Source: Nemertoderma westbladi (lineage: Eukaryota; Animalia; Xenacoelomorpha). From it: DNA of 64,000 bases. This document shows positions 1-13,716 of this stretch, piece by piece. Below the pieces are notes generated by a model. That model did no database searches. It worked only from the letters and a program-made list of their open reading frames with translations, and had not been told where the DNA came from. Positions within the stretch are counted from its first letter, which is position 1. Each line of letters starts with the position of its first letter. The stretch lies in the NCBI GenBank assembly GCA_032718475.1, contig JAUCBJ010001007.1, positions 1 to 64,000 of the forward strand, written 5' to 3'. The position numbers and the translations under genes were made by a program.

Positions 1-23
1 TTATCGGCAGGCAGCAGGCTTTC

Positions 24-530
24 ATGGAGTCACTGGATAATCGCAATAGAGAACGTAACATAATCATAACTGGTGTCGATGAGGAGACGACCGACCTCGG
101 AGCTAATGACAAGGACAGGATCAACACAATTCTAGTTGAGGCTGGTCTTGATACATCCGTTGCTAAGAATGAATGGAGGATTACCCGGTTGGGAGGCCGG
201 CAGGTACAGGGTATGGAGGTTCCGAGTAACTCCGGCAAATCATCTAAACCCCGCCCTATTCTCCTTACTGTGCAGAGCAGACAAGTGCGCGATGGAATCC
301 TCGCTGTGGCGAAAAATCTTAAAAGCTGTGTCGGTGTGTTTAGAAAGATATATCTGAAGAAAGATACCCACCCAATCTTCTGGAAAGAGATGGCAAGACT
401 TCGCTTTAAGGAAAGAGAGGAAAGAAATAAGCCAGAGAATCAAGGGGTGGAGATTCGCTATGATTATAAGAAGAGAGAACTTACCCGGGATGGTGTGGTT
501 ATCGATCGGTTCGGAGTTTCACTGGGATAG
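24..530 (+). mobile_element. Non-LTR retrotransposon (CR1/L2-like) ORF1 C-terminal part
   Basis: RNIIITGVDE...RITRLG...KPRPILLTV...IYLKKD motifs typical of LINE ORF1 RRM/CTD; immediately followed by an APE domain. Confidence 0.75.
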
Positions 531-539
531 GGGTGTGCG

Positions 540-1138
540 GCACAGAAAGTAGGACGAGTATTAAAACTGTGTTGTTGGAATGTTGGAGGCTTAAAGGACA
601 AACATAAATCCCAAGGATTTATTGAGTATGTATCTAACTATGATTTGTTTTGGATTTTGGAAACAAGTCACCAAACACTCCGTATGTACCCGGGTTTGTT
701 TCTTATGCGAGCCCATCGAAAGCAGGTCACCAGGGTGGAGCGGTCTTATTGATTAAGAATTACTTACAGAAATTTATACAGTTAGTAGACAGTAATATTG
801 AAGGATTTGTTTCGGTTAGGTTTACTTTTTGCCCCAGTGTAATGTTTGCGGGTTGTTATGTCCCGCCTGAGGATTCTCAATACTTTGATAGCGTGCAAAT
901 GGCTCGGGTACAATCTATATTAGAAGAATCTGAAAACGCAGTTCTAGTAGGAAATTACAATGCTCAAGTAGGGACTCCTGATATTCAGGATGTACCAGAT
1001 AGTGGTTATACCGGCAATAGGCTGAATTATGAAAATATATCGGACTCTAAAGTAAATAATATTGGCAGAACTTTAAGGAATATTTGTAGTAGTACAGGTA
1101 CAATTGTAGCTAATCATCATCTATGCGGAATCAAGTGA
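540..1138 (+). pseudogene. LINE ORF2 AP-endonuclease domain, frameshifted and truncated
   Basis: LKLCCWNVGGL (from ~561), GGAVLLIK, GCYVPP, VLVGNYNA (GDFNA-like); frame break near 650; no RT follows. Confidence 0.75.
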
Positions 1139-2506
1139 TAATCCGCTCATATTGGTCAGAGTTGATAGTCAGATTACTGATGCTATACCTCGGCTATTAT
1201 AGGTGGTGGTTTGTGACCTGTGTCGACATTCTTTGTGTTAAAAGTTTTGATCAATTTAACTTATTGTTAAATTCTACCGGCTGGCCATAGAATAGTTTAT
1301 CAGAATGGGAAATACCATTAACAATGAGCCTGCCAAGTTGGTTCAACTATTTAGTTGGACTTCCTGAATTGAAATGCTGTAGATAGAAGATGCCATCAGG
1401 ATATAAGTTGATGGATATGCAAATACGTAGATATAGGTAGATATGCAAATACCAACGAACATTGTCAGGATATCACATATAAAAGGCAGAATTGCAATTG
1501 TGAGAGCTTATCACCTTGAATAATAATAATAAAATGTGAGATTTATATCGCGCCTTTACAATAATTTAGTGTTACTAGGCACTAAAAATACATAAAAGGT
1601 AGTTATGATATCTAGTAAAAATGATTTAACAGTCTTAGAAATAATAGTTAAAAAGAACAACTGTAACAAATAACAAGTCTAGCAATACACTTACTAGCAA
1701 TACTAATAGTCCAACAAAGACTACTAATAACAGTCTAAAAACTGAAACATGATATTTAAAAGAACAACAAGCGCAGATAATTATCTTAGTCAGCCTCAAC
1801 CATATTCTAAATGGAATAGATGGGTGTTTAACATACTTTTAAATACGTTAATCGAATTAGTAGACCGTTTGGTAAGAGGTATTGAATTCCAAATTGTTGG
1901 GGAGTGGCTACTCTAAATGAACGTTTGCTGTAGTTCTTGAGATTGTACCGAGGTATACTGAGGAGTTTTTTTTCACAAGACCTCAGAGAACGATGAGGTG
2001 TATTGTATATGATTGAAGTAGGTTACAAAGGTAATCTGGGCCAAGATTATTTAAACATTTGTATGTTTGGACAGCAATCTTGTATTCGATCTTACGATTT
2101 ATCGGTAGCCAGTGCAAACGCTTCAACACTGGTTTAATATGTTTGACCTTCCCTGTGCCAGTCAATAGATGAGCTGCCGAATTGAGAATGTATTGCAGTT
2201 TCTGTGGCACTGTGGCAAACCATAATATAGCCCGTCTACTTTTGAGATTACTAAAATGTGAATCAGAACTTCAAATGTTTTCTGCTGAAACAACTTTTTA
2301 CTTTGGCAATGTTACGCCGTACAGTTGCTGCAATTTGTTTAGAGTACATCATATGTGTCTCCATGATAGCACCTATATTCCAAGCCGAATCAGTCAAGGC
2401 GACTGGTTTATTACCAACATCAATGTTCTTGGGTGACTTTAATTGACAGAAGAATTTTGATTGCAATGGTAAGACTTCGGATTTGTTGGAATTCATCATA
2501 AGGAGG

Positions 2507-5500
2507 AGTACTCTCAGAATCACTAGAGGGAGCCCAACGGCTCCTCAGCTCATTAGAACATGCTGCTTCTAGTGTTGGTCTTTTTATTAACTCCAGAAAG
2601 ACCAAAATTTTGACAGTTAACTTTGAAAGTCCTCAACAAGTCTCTGATCGGATGAGCATAAGCTCAAAAGATGGTATGCTTGAGCATGTGGATGACTTCT
2701 GTTACCTGGGATAATGGATCCGGAAGTCAGGTGAGGACCTTCGAATACATAAGGGAAAGGCATGGGCAGCCTTGAATAGGCTTTCCAGGATTTCGAAGTC
2801 ACCGAGAATTAATCAGAAACTTAAGGTCCGATTATTTAGAGCAGCAGTAGTTCCAGTACTCCTCTATGGGAGTCCATGCTGGGCTCTAACTGCTGAGGAC
2901 ACCAAATCTCTGGATGGCACATTTACAAGAATGCTAAGCCGGGTTCATTGTGTCAAGTACAATACACACATCTCCAACGAGACACTATATAACATTGGAG
3001 GTGTCTCATTGGTTCCCCCAAGCTTGACACTAGAACAAAATCGCCTCCACTTTGCAGGTCATTGCTTTCGCCGTGAGGACCAGCCAGTGCATAATCTTGT
3101 ACTTTGGCAGCCTCATGGAGTGAACAAGCATGGTGGACAGCCCATGACTTTCTTGAGAAGCATCTTAAAGGACACTGGCCCACAGTGGGGCTTAACTTGG
3201 TTTTTGGCAAAGGTTCGACCCCGTTCATGAAAATAAGTTTTTTGAGCTTAGTTGGTCCCCTAATGTAAAAATTGACAAAAATTAAAATATTTCATGGGTG
3301 GCTTTTTAAATTAATACTATTTAAGTAATTATTTAACACTAATCATATTACTAAATTTCATCACTTACTCCCCCAAACAAATTGACAGATTTATTTTGCT
3401 CCATTGGTGTCACATTGTACAAAAAATAAAAAAATTTAAAATTTCATGGGTGCCTTTTAATATAATGCTATTTAATTATTTATTTAATACTAAATATTAT
3501 TACCTTTAACAAAGGATGTTACCCCTTTCATGAAAACAAGTTTTTTTTGCTCTAATCATGTATCAATGAATAGAATATAAAAAATTAGAAAGTTTCATGG
3601 GTGGCTTTTAATATAAATTATATTTAATTATTTATTTAATACTAAATATTATTACCTTTAACAAAGGATGTTTGTTACTCTATCCCATTCATGAAAACAA
3701 GTTTTTTGGCTCCAAGCATGTCTTGATGAATAAAATATAAAAAATTAGAAAGTTTCATGGGTGGATTTTAATATAAATTATATTTAATTATTTATTTAAT
3801 ACTAAATATTATTACCTTTAACAAAGGATGTTTGTTACTCTATCCCATTCATGAAAACAAGTTTTTTGGCTCCATGCATGTCTTGATGATTATAATATAA
3901 AAAAAATAGAAAGTTTCATTGGTAATTTTTAATAATACAACTATTTATTTATCCAATTAATACTAAATATATGTAATTATTTTGATATACAGTACAGTAT
4001 ACTCCATTAAAAACCAAAAATAGTTTATACATGTTTCGAATTATATTCCTTAACTGCTCGAAGTATCTAATTTGCGTATCTTGGATGACTTTCTAAAACT
4101 TTATAATTTTTTTCAAAGTCCGCATGGACTTCTTCTGATGCTTGTTCAGAAAATTAACCCAAACTTAGAATGATGTGGCATTTTTCAGGAACGAAATAAA
4201 CATTTCAGTCCACTAACAACATTAGTCTATATAGGCCTACATGTATGTATAGGCCTACATTAAGGTATATCAGATAATGGCGCACCATTATCTGCAGTGT
4301 GTAAGATTAACTAAGAAATAAAATTAAATAGTTTATGATGTTTTATAAATTTATAATAAGATCGATGTTCTTATTTTATATTTAACTTAAGAACCACTTA
4401 AGAATGAATGAATGAAAAATATGCCTTAAAAATAAACAATTATATAGAGAGAGTACACATTGTGTCTTATTACCTACAACTACTCAGTACAGTTGTAGGT
4501 AAGACACAATGATTATTGATACAATGTTACTGACCACCAGTTGAGGAATTATATTAATAAAAAAAGTAAATAAATACGTCGATTATAGATAAAATGTTTG
4601 AAAATATGGGATTTTTTATGAAGATTGTGGTCTGGTCCATATCTTACAACTGCTGATCTACGCCAGTCCTTCATTGTATAAACAATGAGGTTATATACTG
4701 TATAGATATATATATATAAGTAATAATATTTAGTATTAATTGAATAATAAAATAGTTGTAATATTAAACGCCACCCAGGAAACTTTCTAATTTTTTATAT
4801 TTTATTCATCAAGACATGCTTGAAGCCAAAAAAACTTGTTTTCATGTATGGGATGGGGTAACAAGCATCCTTAGTTAAAGGTAATAATATTTAGTATTAA
4901 ATAAATAATTAAATAGCATTTATACTAAAAGCCACCCATGAAACTTTGTAATTTTTTATATTTTATTCATCGAGACATGATTAGAGCAAAAAAACTTGTT
5001 TTCAGGAATGGGGTAACATCCTTTGTTAAAGGTAATAATATTTAGTATTAAATAAATAATTAAATAGCATTTATATTAAAAGCCACCCATGAAACTTTCT
5101 AATTTTTTATATTTTATTCATCAAGACATGCTTGGAGCCAAACAAACTTGTTTTCATGTATGGGATGGGGTAACAAGCATCCTTAGTTAAAGGTAATAAT
5201 ATTTAGTATTAAATAAATAATTAAATAGCATTTATACTAAAAGCCACCCATGAAACTTTGTAATTTTTTATATTTTATTCATCGAGACATGATTAGAGCA
5301 AAAAAACTTGTTTTCAGGAATGGGGTAACATCCTTTGTTAAAGGTAATAATATTTAGTATTAAATAAATAATTAAATAGCATTATATTAAAAGCCACCCA
5401 TGAAATTTTAAATTTTTTTATTTTTTGTACAATGTGACACCAATGGAGCAAAATAAACCGGTCAATATGTTTGGGGGAGTAAGTGTTGAAATTTAGTAAT

Positions 5501-5803
5501 ATGATTAGTGTTAAATAATTACTTAAATAGTATTAATATAAAAAGCCACCCATGAAATATTTTAATTTTTGTCAATTTTTACATTAGGGGACCAACTAAG
5601 CTCAAAAAACTTATTTTCATGAACGGGGTCCAACCTTTGCCAAAAACCAAGTTAAGCCCCACTGTGGGCCTTGAAGATGCGGATAATCTAGCAAATGTCA
5701 TGGGTGATAGGGAGTTGTGGCGGTGCAATTTTGTCGATAAGCCGGCACAGCATTCTTAAAAATGCAGCTGCAATGCAGCATGCCGATCCTAGTAGTAACT
5801 AGT
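2507..5803 (+). mobile_element. 5'-truncated RTE-clade LINE inserted in the L2 element
   Basis: KVRLFRAAVVPVLLYGSPCW...LDGTFTRMLSRV...RLHFAGHCFRR; (TAG)n-like tail; 12-bp TSD ATCATAAGGAGG at 2495-2506 and 5804-5815. Confidence 0.85.
3181..5666. mobile_element. Non-autonomous foldback DNA transposon with CACAGTG...CACTGTG termini (Chapaev/Transib-like)
   Basis: Long inverted arms (~3181-3980 vs ~4720-5666) built of ~125-135-bp AT-rich subrepeats; 4-bp TSD GGCC, confirmed by the empty site in the RTE copy near 13030. Confidence 0.85.
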
Positions 5804-7499
5804 ATCATAAGGAGGTATGTAGACATCCAGTGTTTTATATCGCATAATCAATCCTCAGTTAATTTAAACGACTGAAGCATTTCTGCAGGTTTAAAAGAGA
5901 TATACGCTTGTGTATCATCCGCATATAGATGATATTGGAGTCCGTGTTTCTTTATTACATTACCAAGTGATCGCATATAAATCGAGTGAATAAGAGTTGT
6001 CCAAGGACCGAACCCTGAGGTAATCCAAACTGAAGTGTCTTTTTTGAAGAATATGAGATACCAATACGCACAGTTTGACCTCGGTTACTAAGATATGATT
6101 TCATCCATTTCAAAACAGCATCCCTTTATTGATAATTCATGTTCTAGAATATCCAAAAGGATAGTATGCTCGATGCCAGATGCTGTACCAAATGCTGCGC
6201 TCAAGTCTAGTCAAATCAAGCTCATTGTCTATAATTTTTTCTTGACACACAAGTCTCTATAGCAATCAATGAGCGGTAATTCTTTACTTTAACTTTGAAA
6301 TAATCAGAGAATTGTTCAGCCATATTAAACTCTGAGTCGTGATCAGGTAACTTCCGAGGTTGTTTACGATTTAGTACTTTATTGACAATTTTAAATAGTT
6401 CACCAGAATTTTTAGAGTTTTCTTCAATGTGTTTATGGTAGTAGCTGTGCTTAGCGTCAACTATGGCTGTAGCAACCACTTTGCACTGAGCCCTGTAATT
6501 TATCACAATCAGATATCAGTTTAGATTTACGGAATTTTCGCCCAAGTCGCCGTCTAATTTTTTTTGTATCCTTATATTGTCATTATACTGAGGTGGTATT
6601 TTACTAGTGGTAATATTTTTTGTCAGTAGAGGTGCATGTTTATCAAGTGTTCTTTTTAGAGAACCATTATACATGTTTACCATACCATCTAAATTGGTAT
6701 CATCATCGAAAGAAGAACTGAACAGATTACACTCTGCCAGATCATTGCAAAAATTGTGTGTATTGATAGTTGACAACTTCCTATATATTATCTTGTTTGC
6801 TGGCTGATGCGATTTTTCATAATTCAGACTAAATCTGACCAAGAAATTATCTGAAAGTCCAACATCATGAACACGAATACCATGTATCAGCGGTTCTGAG
6901 TCATCTGATGTGATTAGTAGATCGAGAGTAAGGCCAAGTATGTGAGTGGGATCCTTAATGTGTTGTGTAAGACCAAAGCTATTCAACATACAAATGAATT
7001 CCATTGTATTCTTGTCAGATTGGACATCAACATGAAAATTGAAATCACCGGCAATAATGAGTTTGAGAGACAATAATTCGTTCTAAGTATTCTGAAAACT
7101 CAGACATAAAAGCTGCAACTGTGCAGCTATTTGTTATTGATGGACAAGTTCTGTAAATATTGACCAGGCATATAATGTCACCTTTGTAGTTTAATATTAA
7201 TTTGCTCAAAACATTCAAAGGTATTAGCAATCATCTTAGAATTCGAGACTGGCTTAATATCCAAGCATTCTTTGTATACAGGCCATGCCACCACCTCGGT
7301 TGATGTACGCAGCAAATGTTTTATCATGTAACCTGGTGGACAGACATCAAATAATGCATGATGATCCAATTCAGTCCCAGTAGGCCATGTTTCAGTTAAC
7401 ATAGCAATCTCAACCTTATTTTCGACAATTAAATAACAGATAAAGTCAGCTTTATTCTTTATAGACCTTGAGTTAAATAAACATATGTTTATAAAATCA

Positions 7500-8475
7500 A
7501 TAGGTATACTTCTAGGACGGGTGGCCTACCGGGTGTGCGGCATAAACGTGGGTGGCGTCCGGGTGCATGGTGTCGACGCGGGTGGCCTCAGGGTGCGCGG
7601 CGTCAACGCAGGTGGTGTCCGGATGCATGGTGCCATAGCTGGTGGCGTCCGGGTGTGCGGTGTCGCGCAGGTGGCGCCAGGGTGCGTGGTGTTGATGCCA
7701 GTGGCATCTGGGTGTGCAGTGCCGATGCGGGTGGCATCAGGGAGTGCGGCATCGATGCGGGTGGCATCCGGGTCCATTACGTTGATGGGGGGGGGCATCC
7801 GGGTGCGTGGCGTCAATGTGGGTTGCATCCGGGTGTGTGGAGTCGATGCATATGGCGTCTGGGTCTGCGACGTCGAAGCGGGTGGCATCTAGGTGCGTGT
7901 TGCCGACACAGGTGGCATCTGGGTGCGCGGCATCGATGCAGGTGGCATCCAGGTGTGCGGCGTCGACGTTGGTGGTGTCCGGGAATGGAGTTCCGATGCG
8001 GGTGGTGTCCGGGTGCACAGCATCGGTGCCAGTGGCATCAAGATGCGCGGCATCGATGTCAGTGGCGTCTAGGGGCGCAGTGCCGACGCAGGTGGCGCCT
8101 AGTTGTGTGGCATCAACATGGGCTGCATCTGGGTGCACGGCTTCGATGCGGGTGGTGTCCGGGGCCGTTACGTGGATGCGGGTGGCATCCGGGTGCGCTA
8201 CGTCGATGCGAGTGGCGTCAGGGTGCGCTGCGTCGATGTGAGTGGCAACCCAATGTGCGGTGTCAAAGCGGGTGGCGTCCGTGTGTGTGGCGTCGATGCA
8301 GGTGTCGTCTGGGTGCGCGGCGTTGATGTGGGTGGCATCCGGGTGCGCAGCATCGATGCGGGGGCATTGGGTGCGCAGCGTCGATGCGGGTGGCATCCGG
8401 GTGTGTGGAATCGACGCTGGTGGCATCCGGGTGAGCAGTGTCGATGCGGGTGGCATCAATGTGGTGGGTGTCCAA
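7500..8475. repeat. GC-rich ~30-bp minisatellite (GCGGGTGGCATCCGGGTGCGCGGCATCGAT-like)
   Basis: About 30 degenerate tandem units; generates spurious ORFs in several frames. Confidence 0.95.
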
Positions 8476-10252
8476 GAGCGCAGGAGACTCCTCCTGCAAA
8501 GGAGAATCTGATTCGCACAGTAGTTTATAATTTTTATTGATTCGATGTTTGTAGAGTCTAAGCCACCATAATCAGCAGTTTGATCTTCATTAGTCATAGG
8601 TTATGAGATTAACAGATCACGCGATTCTGTTCAGGTGATTCTGTTCAGTTTCTTCCTTCTTGATTTCCCATGCAAGGGACGTAACATTAGTACCGATACC
8701 GGTGTTACTTGCCAAGTGTTGGTTATTTCTACATTTGCGATTTCCTTGTACTTGTACTTGTTGCCAAGCACATTTGTCATTGTTGCAATCACTAACTGTT
8801 TGTCCAAGTTTGTCAAGATCTGTTTTCATATTATCGAGTTTTGGAGTAAAAACGTCTATACGGTCCTCCAGAGCAGCGCAGAGTGATCCTAATTCAATTT
8901 GAATTGCTTCATCCGATTTCTTAAACTTATCGAAGACTTCTGTACGGAGGAGTTTATTTCAGCCTGGAGGCTTTCTTCAACATTCTGTAAATTATCAGCT
9001 ATACATTTGCCACAGTAGAATTGCACACGCCCGAAGTTGGAACCCTCACTGACGATGCATATCATAGCGATAAGAACTTCCAGAGCACTCGACCTCATAC
9101 TCGCATAGTCCGTCACTTCGAGAAGCCTGCGTCTTGACAGTTGGCCGTGTTGATCCAGTTTTGCTACTCGCGGTAGAGTTTCAGAGGGTTGTATTGGTAG
9201 TACTAATCCTTCCTCTGGGAAGAGACATTATTAATATTAAGTTAATTGATATTATAAAATTAAGTATTACAGTCAGAAGGCTCAGATGAATGTGTGTGAA
9301 GTATACTTTTCCGTAAATTTCCGTAGTGGTTAGGACAACCGTATAACACTATTCAGCTGAGTGATGGGATCAGAGAGAATTGACTATCACCAAGCAATTA
9401 TCAATGATCATTTCGAACATAAATACTCCAAATGCCAAATGCTTTTGAGATGTCTATGAAGACACATTATACCTTGCCCATTGGCATATTTCCAATTGGG
9501 GTGTCGTTTCAGCCTATGGAAGTATTTATGGGCTTCTAATTGGCTGTTCCTCCAATAATCTCACCTCATTGTCTAACACTCTCCCATAGCCAAAAGGTGT
9601 GTCGGTTCGGCCCAATTGCCAGAAGGGGTGTCGCTTGGGGAAACTCACTTTTATTACATAATGGGAAATACTTGTCATTAGTTTTTGTCGCCTTTAAATT
9701 AATAAGTACTTCCTGTAGTTTGATTTAAATCTTAAAGTTTGTAATATTTAAACATTAAATACGATCAAGATTTGTGATTTTAACCACTGCTAGAGGGTGA
9801 AATTGCTAAACATTAAACAACCTCGATTTCTTACAGTACCGGTACAGTAGTTGTCAGTCGGTTCAAAACCTTGGGAATATAACAACAATTAACATTATTC
9901 ATTTACAAAAGATTACAAATAATTTTTTAATGTTCCTTTTAAAATGTTACTAATTGTTCTAAATGTTACTGATTGGTACATACAGTAATCAACTAGCTTA
10001 TTCGGTTATTAGGCCTATACATACAGTATGTCAATGTCAGTGAGTACGGACAGTGTAGCAGTGACAACCAGACGTAGTCTTAGGACGGTAGGACAGTAGG
10101 ACTACCCTGCTAGTGCTACCTCTATCAGTCTTACAGTCTTAAGGTCAAAGGGTCTACAGTACCTTCAACAACTGACCACGCATTGAAGCTCACAAATACG
10201 CTTTCCCTAGGCGTACTGATTGAGTCAGGCGAACTTCGGATTGGTCAATATC

Positions 10253-11452
10253 TGTTCGCGCTTTCAGACCTTTAGCAGTTTAACCTGCCAAATTTGGATG
10301 TCTTCTAGATTGTAAATCGACTTTAGCCTATGACGAGTATTTGATACACTACATTAGCCGAAGCCAGTCTATGCGCGACCATTCACCCGCTGGATATACC
10401 CGGGAAACTGGATTCGGAAGCCTAACCGTATTGCGGGGTAGGCCTACTGTATTATTCGACTATATATTCTATATCGGCAATATATATAATCTCTGACAAA
10501 TATTATTCACTTTCGGGAAATATTAACAGTTCCTTTAGGACGTGGCGCTCTAAATATGTAAACAGAGTTATGACTTAAACTAGACACAACTGGATGGCTA
10601 TGGATTCACGTATATAGCGCATTCTTTAGGAGATGCTTTGTTATCAGTCACAATCATACACACTACTGCACAATGCTGCACACCGATCTGCCGACCTTCA
10701 CTAATTTTAGTCACATATAAAGAGAACAACAACCGACTCATGTAGTGCCTATGAAATAGCATTAGATTCACTCCAAAACCACTTTAATGTAAGTCGCAAT
10801 TGTTATATGTAACCGGTCTCTCTAACCTCCAGTATATCAAGAAGATTGGGGTTTCTGATTATTGATCGATATTATCCAAATATAATAATATTCCATCAAC
10901 CGATATAATTAATGACCGACAGTAAATAGCAGTAAAAATGCGGTGTTTGTAGTTGACAATATGATTAGGTGAGTTATGTTATGATTGATTTGTTAAGATA
11001 ACAGATATACGTTTCTATGATTAAGCCTACTAATGTTGGGCTAAAGCCTGAAAACACAGAGATTCCAAAGCCGGTCTTCTGGGCTCAGGAAAAAAGGTAA
11101 ACATTGACCCATAATGCATTGCGCGATTTCCCTGAGGTTTCTGTACAAAAAGCAGGAGAATCGCTCTGATTGGTTGACCGAACAAAGAAACGACAGAGAA
11201 CAAAGAAAAAGCTCCACGTGTACAGATCAGCTGTTAGCTGTCGTCATAGTAACTACACTGCTTCAAGAGGATTTAGCGTATTGCGACATAGAATTGCTAG
11301 TTATGTCCGCTAAATTACACATACAGAAGAAATGGCTTTTTATGTCCACTAAAACACCGTTACAGTAAGGAAACGGCTTTTGATGTCCGTTAAAACACCT
11401 ACAGAGTACTTTGCGGGAAAAATAACCAGCTAATTCCGCAAAAGCTTTTACA
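10253..11452 (-). mobile_element. Solo LTR related to the LTRs of the 31249-49808 BEL/Pao element
   Basis: Minus strand reads TGTAAAAGCTTTTGCGG...GGCAGGTTAAACTGCTAAAGGTCTGAAAGCGCGAACA, colinear with 31249-32419; 5-bp TSD ATATC at 10248-10252 and 11453-11457. Confidence 0.92.
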
Positions 11453-12119
11453 ATATCTGAATGAAAATATATACCAAATATGAGGGAAAGTGTACTGTAG
11501 TTGTATTTGGCATTTCGCCGCTTACAGGGTGGACAATTTGGTACTAGCATTATTTATTTTACCCAGATTTCTACCACACTGTCAGAAACTGTCAGCTAAC
11601 GGCCCTACCTTTGTTGTCGGCCGATCTCGCTGGCGCCTCGGTAGTCCCCATATCCCCATCCCAACCAAAGTGTGGCTCTATAAACCTCACCCTTCCCCCT
11701 CAACCCCCACAAAGAATCATCTTAAGTTCACACCCCATGATGTCCTGGGTTGTCAGCGTGTTTTAGTGCGCACTCTGGTGATGTAAGTGCGCAAATTGGC
11801 CCAGAAGACATCAATGATTACCAGTACGAACAGAAATAGGTGCTTACTCTTGACCTAATGGCATGGAAGAATGTGAATTGATACCAACAAAAATAACATT
11901 CGAAAAGAATAAGAGGAAATTAAGGACCTTTCAATACCCTATTGGCATTTTACCCCGACTGGGGTGTAGTTAATAAATAAAAAAAAAATACCCTATTGGA
12001 ACCAGAACACAGCAGTATTACATCCTAATCAACAAAAAGTGAAGAAACAGTCAGTTTGAGTGCCAGCAAACCCAGGACAAGCAAGCGAATCACCTATAAT
12101 TAACTGGGAGAAATTCAAA

Positions 12120-12470
12120 TCATCATATATATCAATTGATTGTGTCACCCTGTTTCTTGCGTTATACGGGTTTGTGAGGGTTCTGAATTCAATAGGATAA
12201 GTAGAAATTGCATAAGAGTTTTCTAACTTGTATTTTTCGCCAGTGGGTGAAAATTGTTGTGCCAGCTACGAATTTTTGAAAATATGCAAATTGATAAATA
12301 GATAGTATCATCTTGTTTCTTGCCTTATACGGGTTTATGAGGGTCTTGAATCCGATGGAGTCAATAAAAACAACAAGGGACATCTCAAACTTGTACTTTT
12401 TAGTGATGGGTTCAAAATTTGGTGCTAGAACAAAAATTTGCCATTTTACGCCGAAAAATACGTGGAGCAA
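12120..12470. repeat. Fragment of the non-autonomous DNA element also seen at ~56400-56950
   Basis: Shared TTTCTTGC(G/C)TTATACGGGTTTATGAGGGTC.TGAATCCGAT...GGACATCTCAAACTTG...AAATTTGGTGCTAG block. Confidence 0.75.
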
Positions 12471-12896
12471 CCTCCTGGTGTAGCTCGATTACTTCTTTCA
12501 AGATACGCCACGTTACAGCCTCACCAATACCATCCCCTATAACAGCGATGTTATCAGATGACTGGGATAAGCTGATATTAGAGTCCTCCTCCCTGTACAA
12601 GCTGATGAGTGACTTTAATTGAGCATTTGTCATATTGTTAACCTGTGGTCCCTATAGCCTCCTAGCGTCAGCGATATTGGTGGGTTGATTTGCATCCAAT
12701 TAAATAGACTTCAGGCCAATACTCTGCGATTAGCCTCGTATATGCAATCCCTCTAGCGAGCAAACTTTCAATTTGTCAAATTTGTTTTTTTAAAGGTGTT
12801 TAACAACTTTTAAATTAAAAAATATTTGCTGTATAATATAGTTAATTATTATTTATTTTACCAAAATGGTGTCAACAGTTCTCCCTGATCTTATCC

Positions 12897-13153
12897 AACT
12901 ACTACTAGGATCGGCATGCTGCATTGCAGCTGCATTTTTAAGAATGCTGTGCCGGCTTGTCAACAAAATTGCACCGCTACAACTCCCTATCACCCATGAC
13001 ATTTGCTAGATCATCCGCATCTTTAAGGCCAGTGTCCTTTAAGATGCGTCTCAGAAAGTCATGGGCTGTCCACCATGCTTATTCACTCCATGAGGCTGCC
13101 AAAGTACAAGATTATGCACTGGCTGGTCCTCACGGCGAAAGCAATGTCCTGCA
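12897..13153 (-). mobile_element. Short 3' fragment of the same RTE family as 2507-5803
   Basis: Near-identical to 3050-3180 joined to 5671-5797, without the foldback insert; (TAG)n tail. Confidence 0.9.
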
Positions 13154-13716
13154 AATACCGACCATAGGGAAGCACAATATAGACTGTAACAATAACATTT
13201 AAACAAATTGACTTTATAGAATTCGTACAGTTTGAAAAATATCTTGTAAGTTGATTGCCACGGCAATAATAAGACAGAGAACATTTGTACGTTTCATATC
13301 GGCTTCATCAGAAAGGTTACATGAGAGCACATGACCTAGATATGTAAATTCTAGAACACATGGTAATATTTTTCCTCCCAAAAAAACATCACCGGCCCTA
13401 CCTATTTGAAACGGTAAGAAATATAAACATTTGTATTTAGATGGGTTAAAGATAATATCATGTTCAATACAATATTTTTCACAAATTCTGATAAGTAGTC
13501 GCAATCCCTGAAAACTGGGAGATAATAAGCAAATGTCATCCGCATAAAATAAATGATTAATTATCAGATCATAAATTGAACAACCGACTGTAATCTTACT
13601 TAGTTATATACTTAAATCATTCATATATATATATTGAATAATAAAGGTGATAAGAGACTACCTTGCCTCACACCATTTGTTACCCTAAAACTATCAGATT
13701 TTACAGCACCCCAACT
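13154..13716 (-). mobile_element. LINE reverse-transcriptase fragment
   Basis: Minus strand gives GVRQGSLLSPLLFNIYMNDL, HLFYADDICLL, FNPSK, FTYLGH. Confidence 0.8.

Larger units (their letters stand above)
1519..9300 (-). mobile_element. Degenerate L2/CR1-type LINE (ORF1 remnant ~8600-9230, APE ~6500-7490, RT ~5820-6200 and ~1800-2495), interrupted by nested insertions
   Basis: MLTETW, IYRT, IIAGDFNFH, PTHILGLTLDLLIT (APE); LQFGLPQGSVLG and YADDTQ readable on the minus strand near 5900-6040; HIKPVLKRLHWLPI C-terminal motif; 3' end GCGCGATATAAAT...(ATT)n at 1519-1555. Confidence 0.8.

Noticed and set aside
3181-3210. Complete V(D)J recombination signal sequence
   Set aside because: Heptamer is perfect but the nonamer-like GGTTTTTGG 11 bp inside is in the wrong orientation
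7485-8540. Multiple Gly/Val/Arg- or Ala/His-rich ORFs
   Set aside because: All derive from the GC-rich 30-mer array; no independent gene evidence
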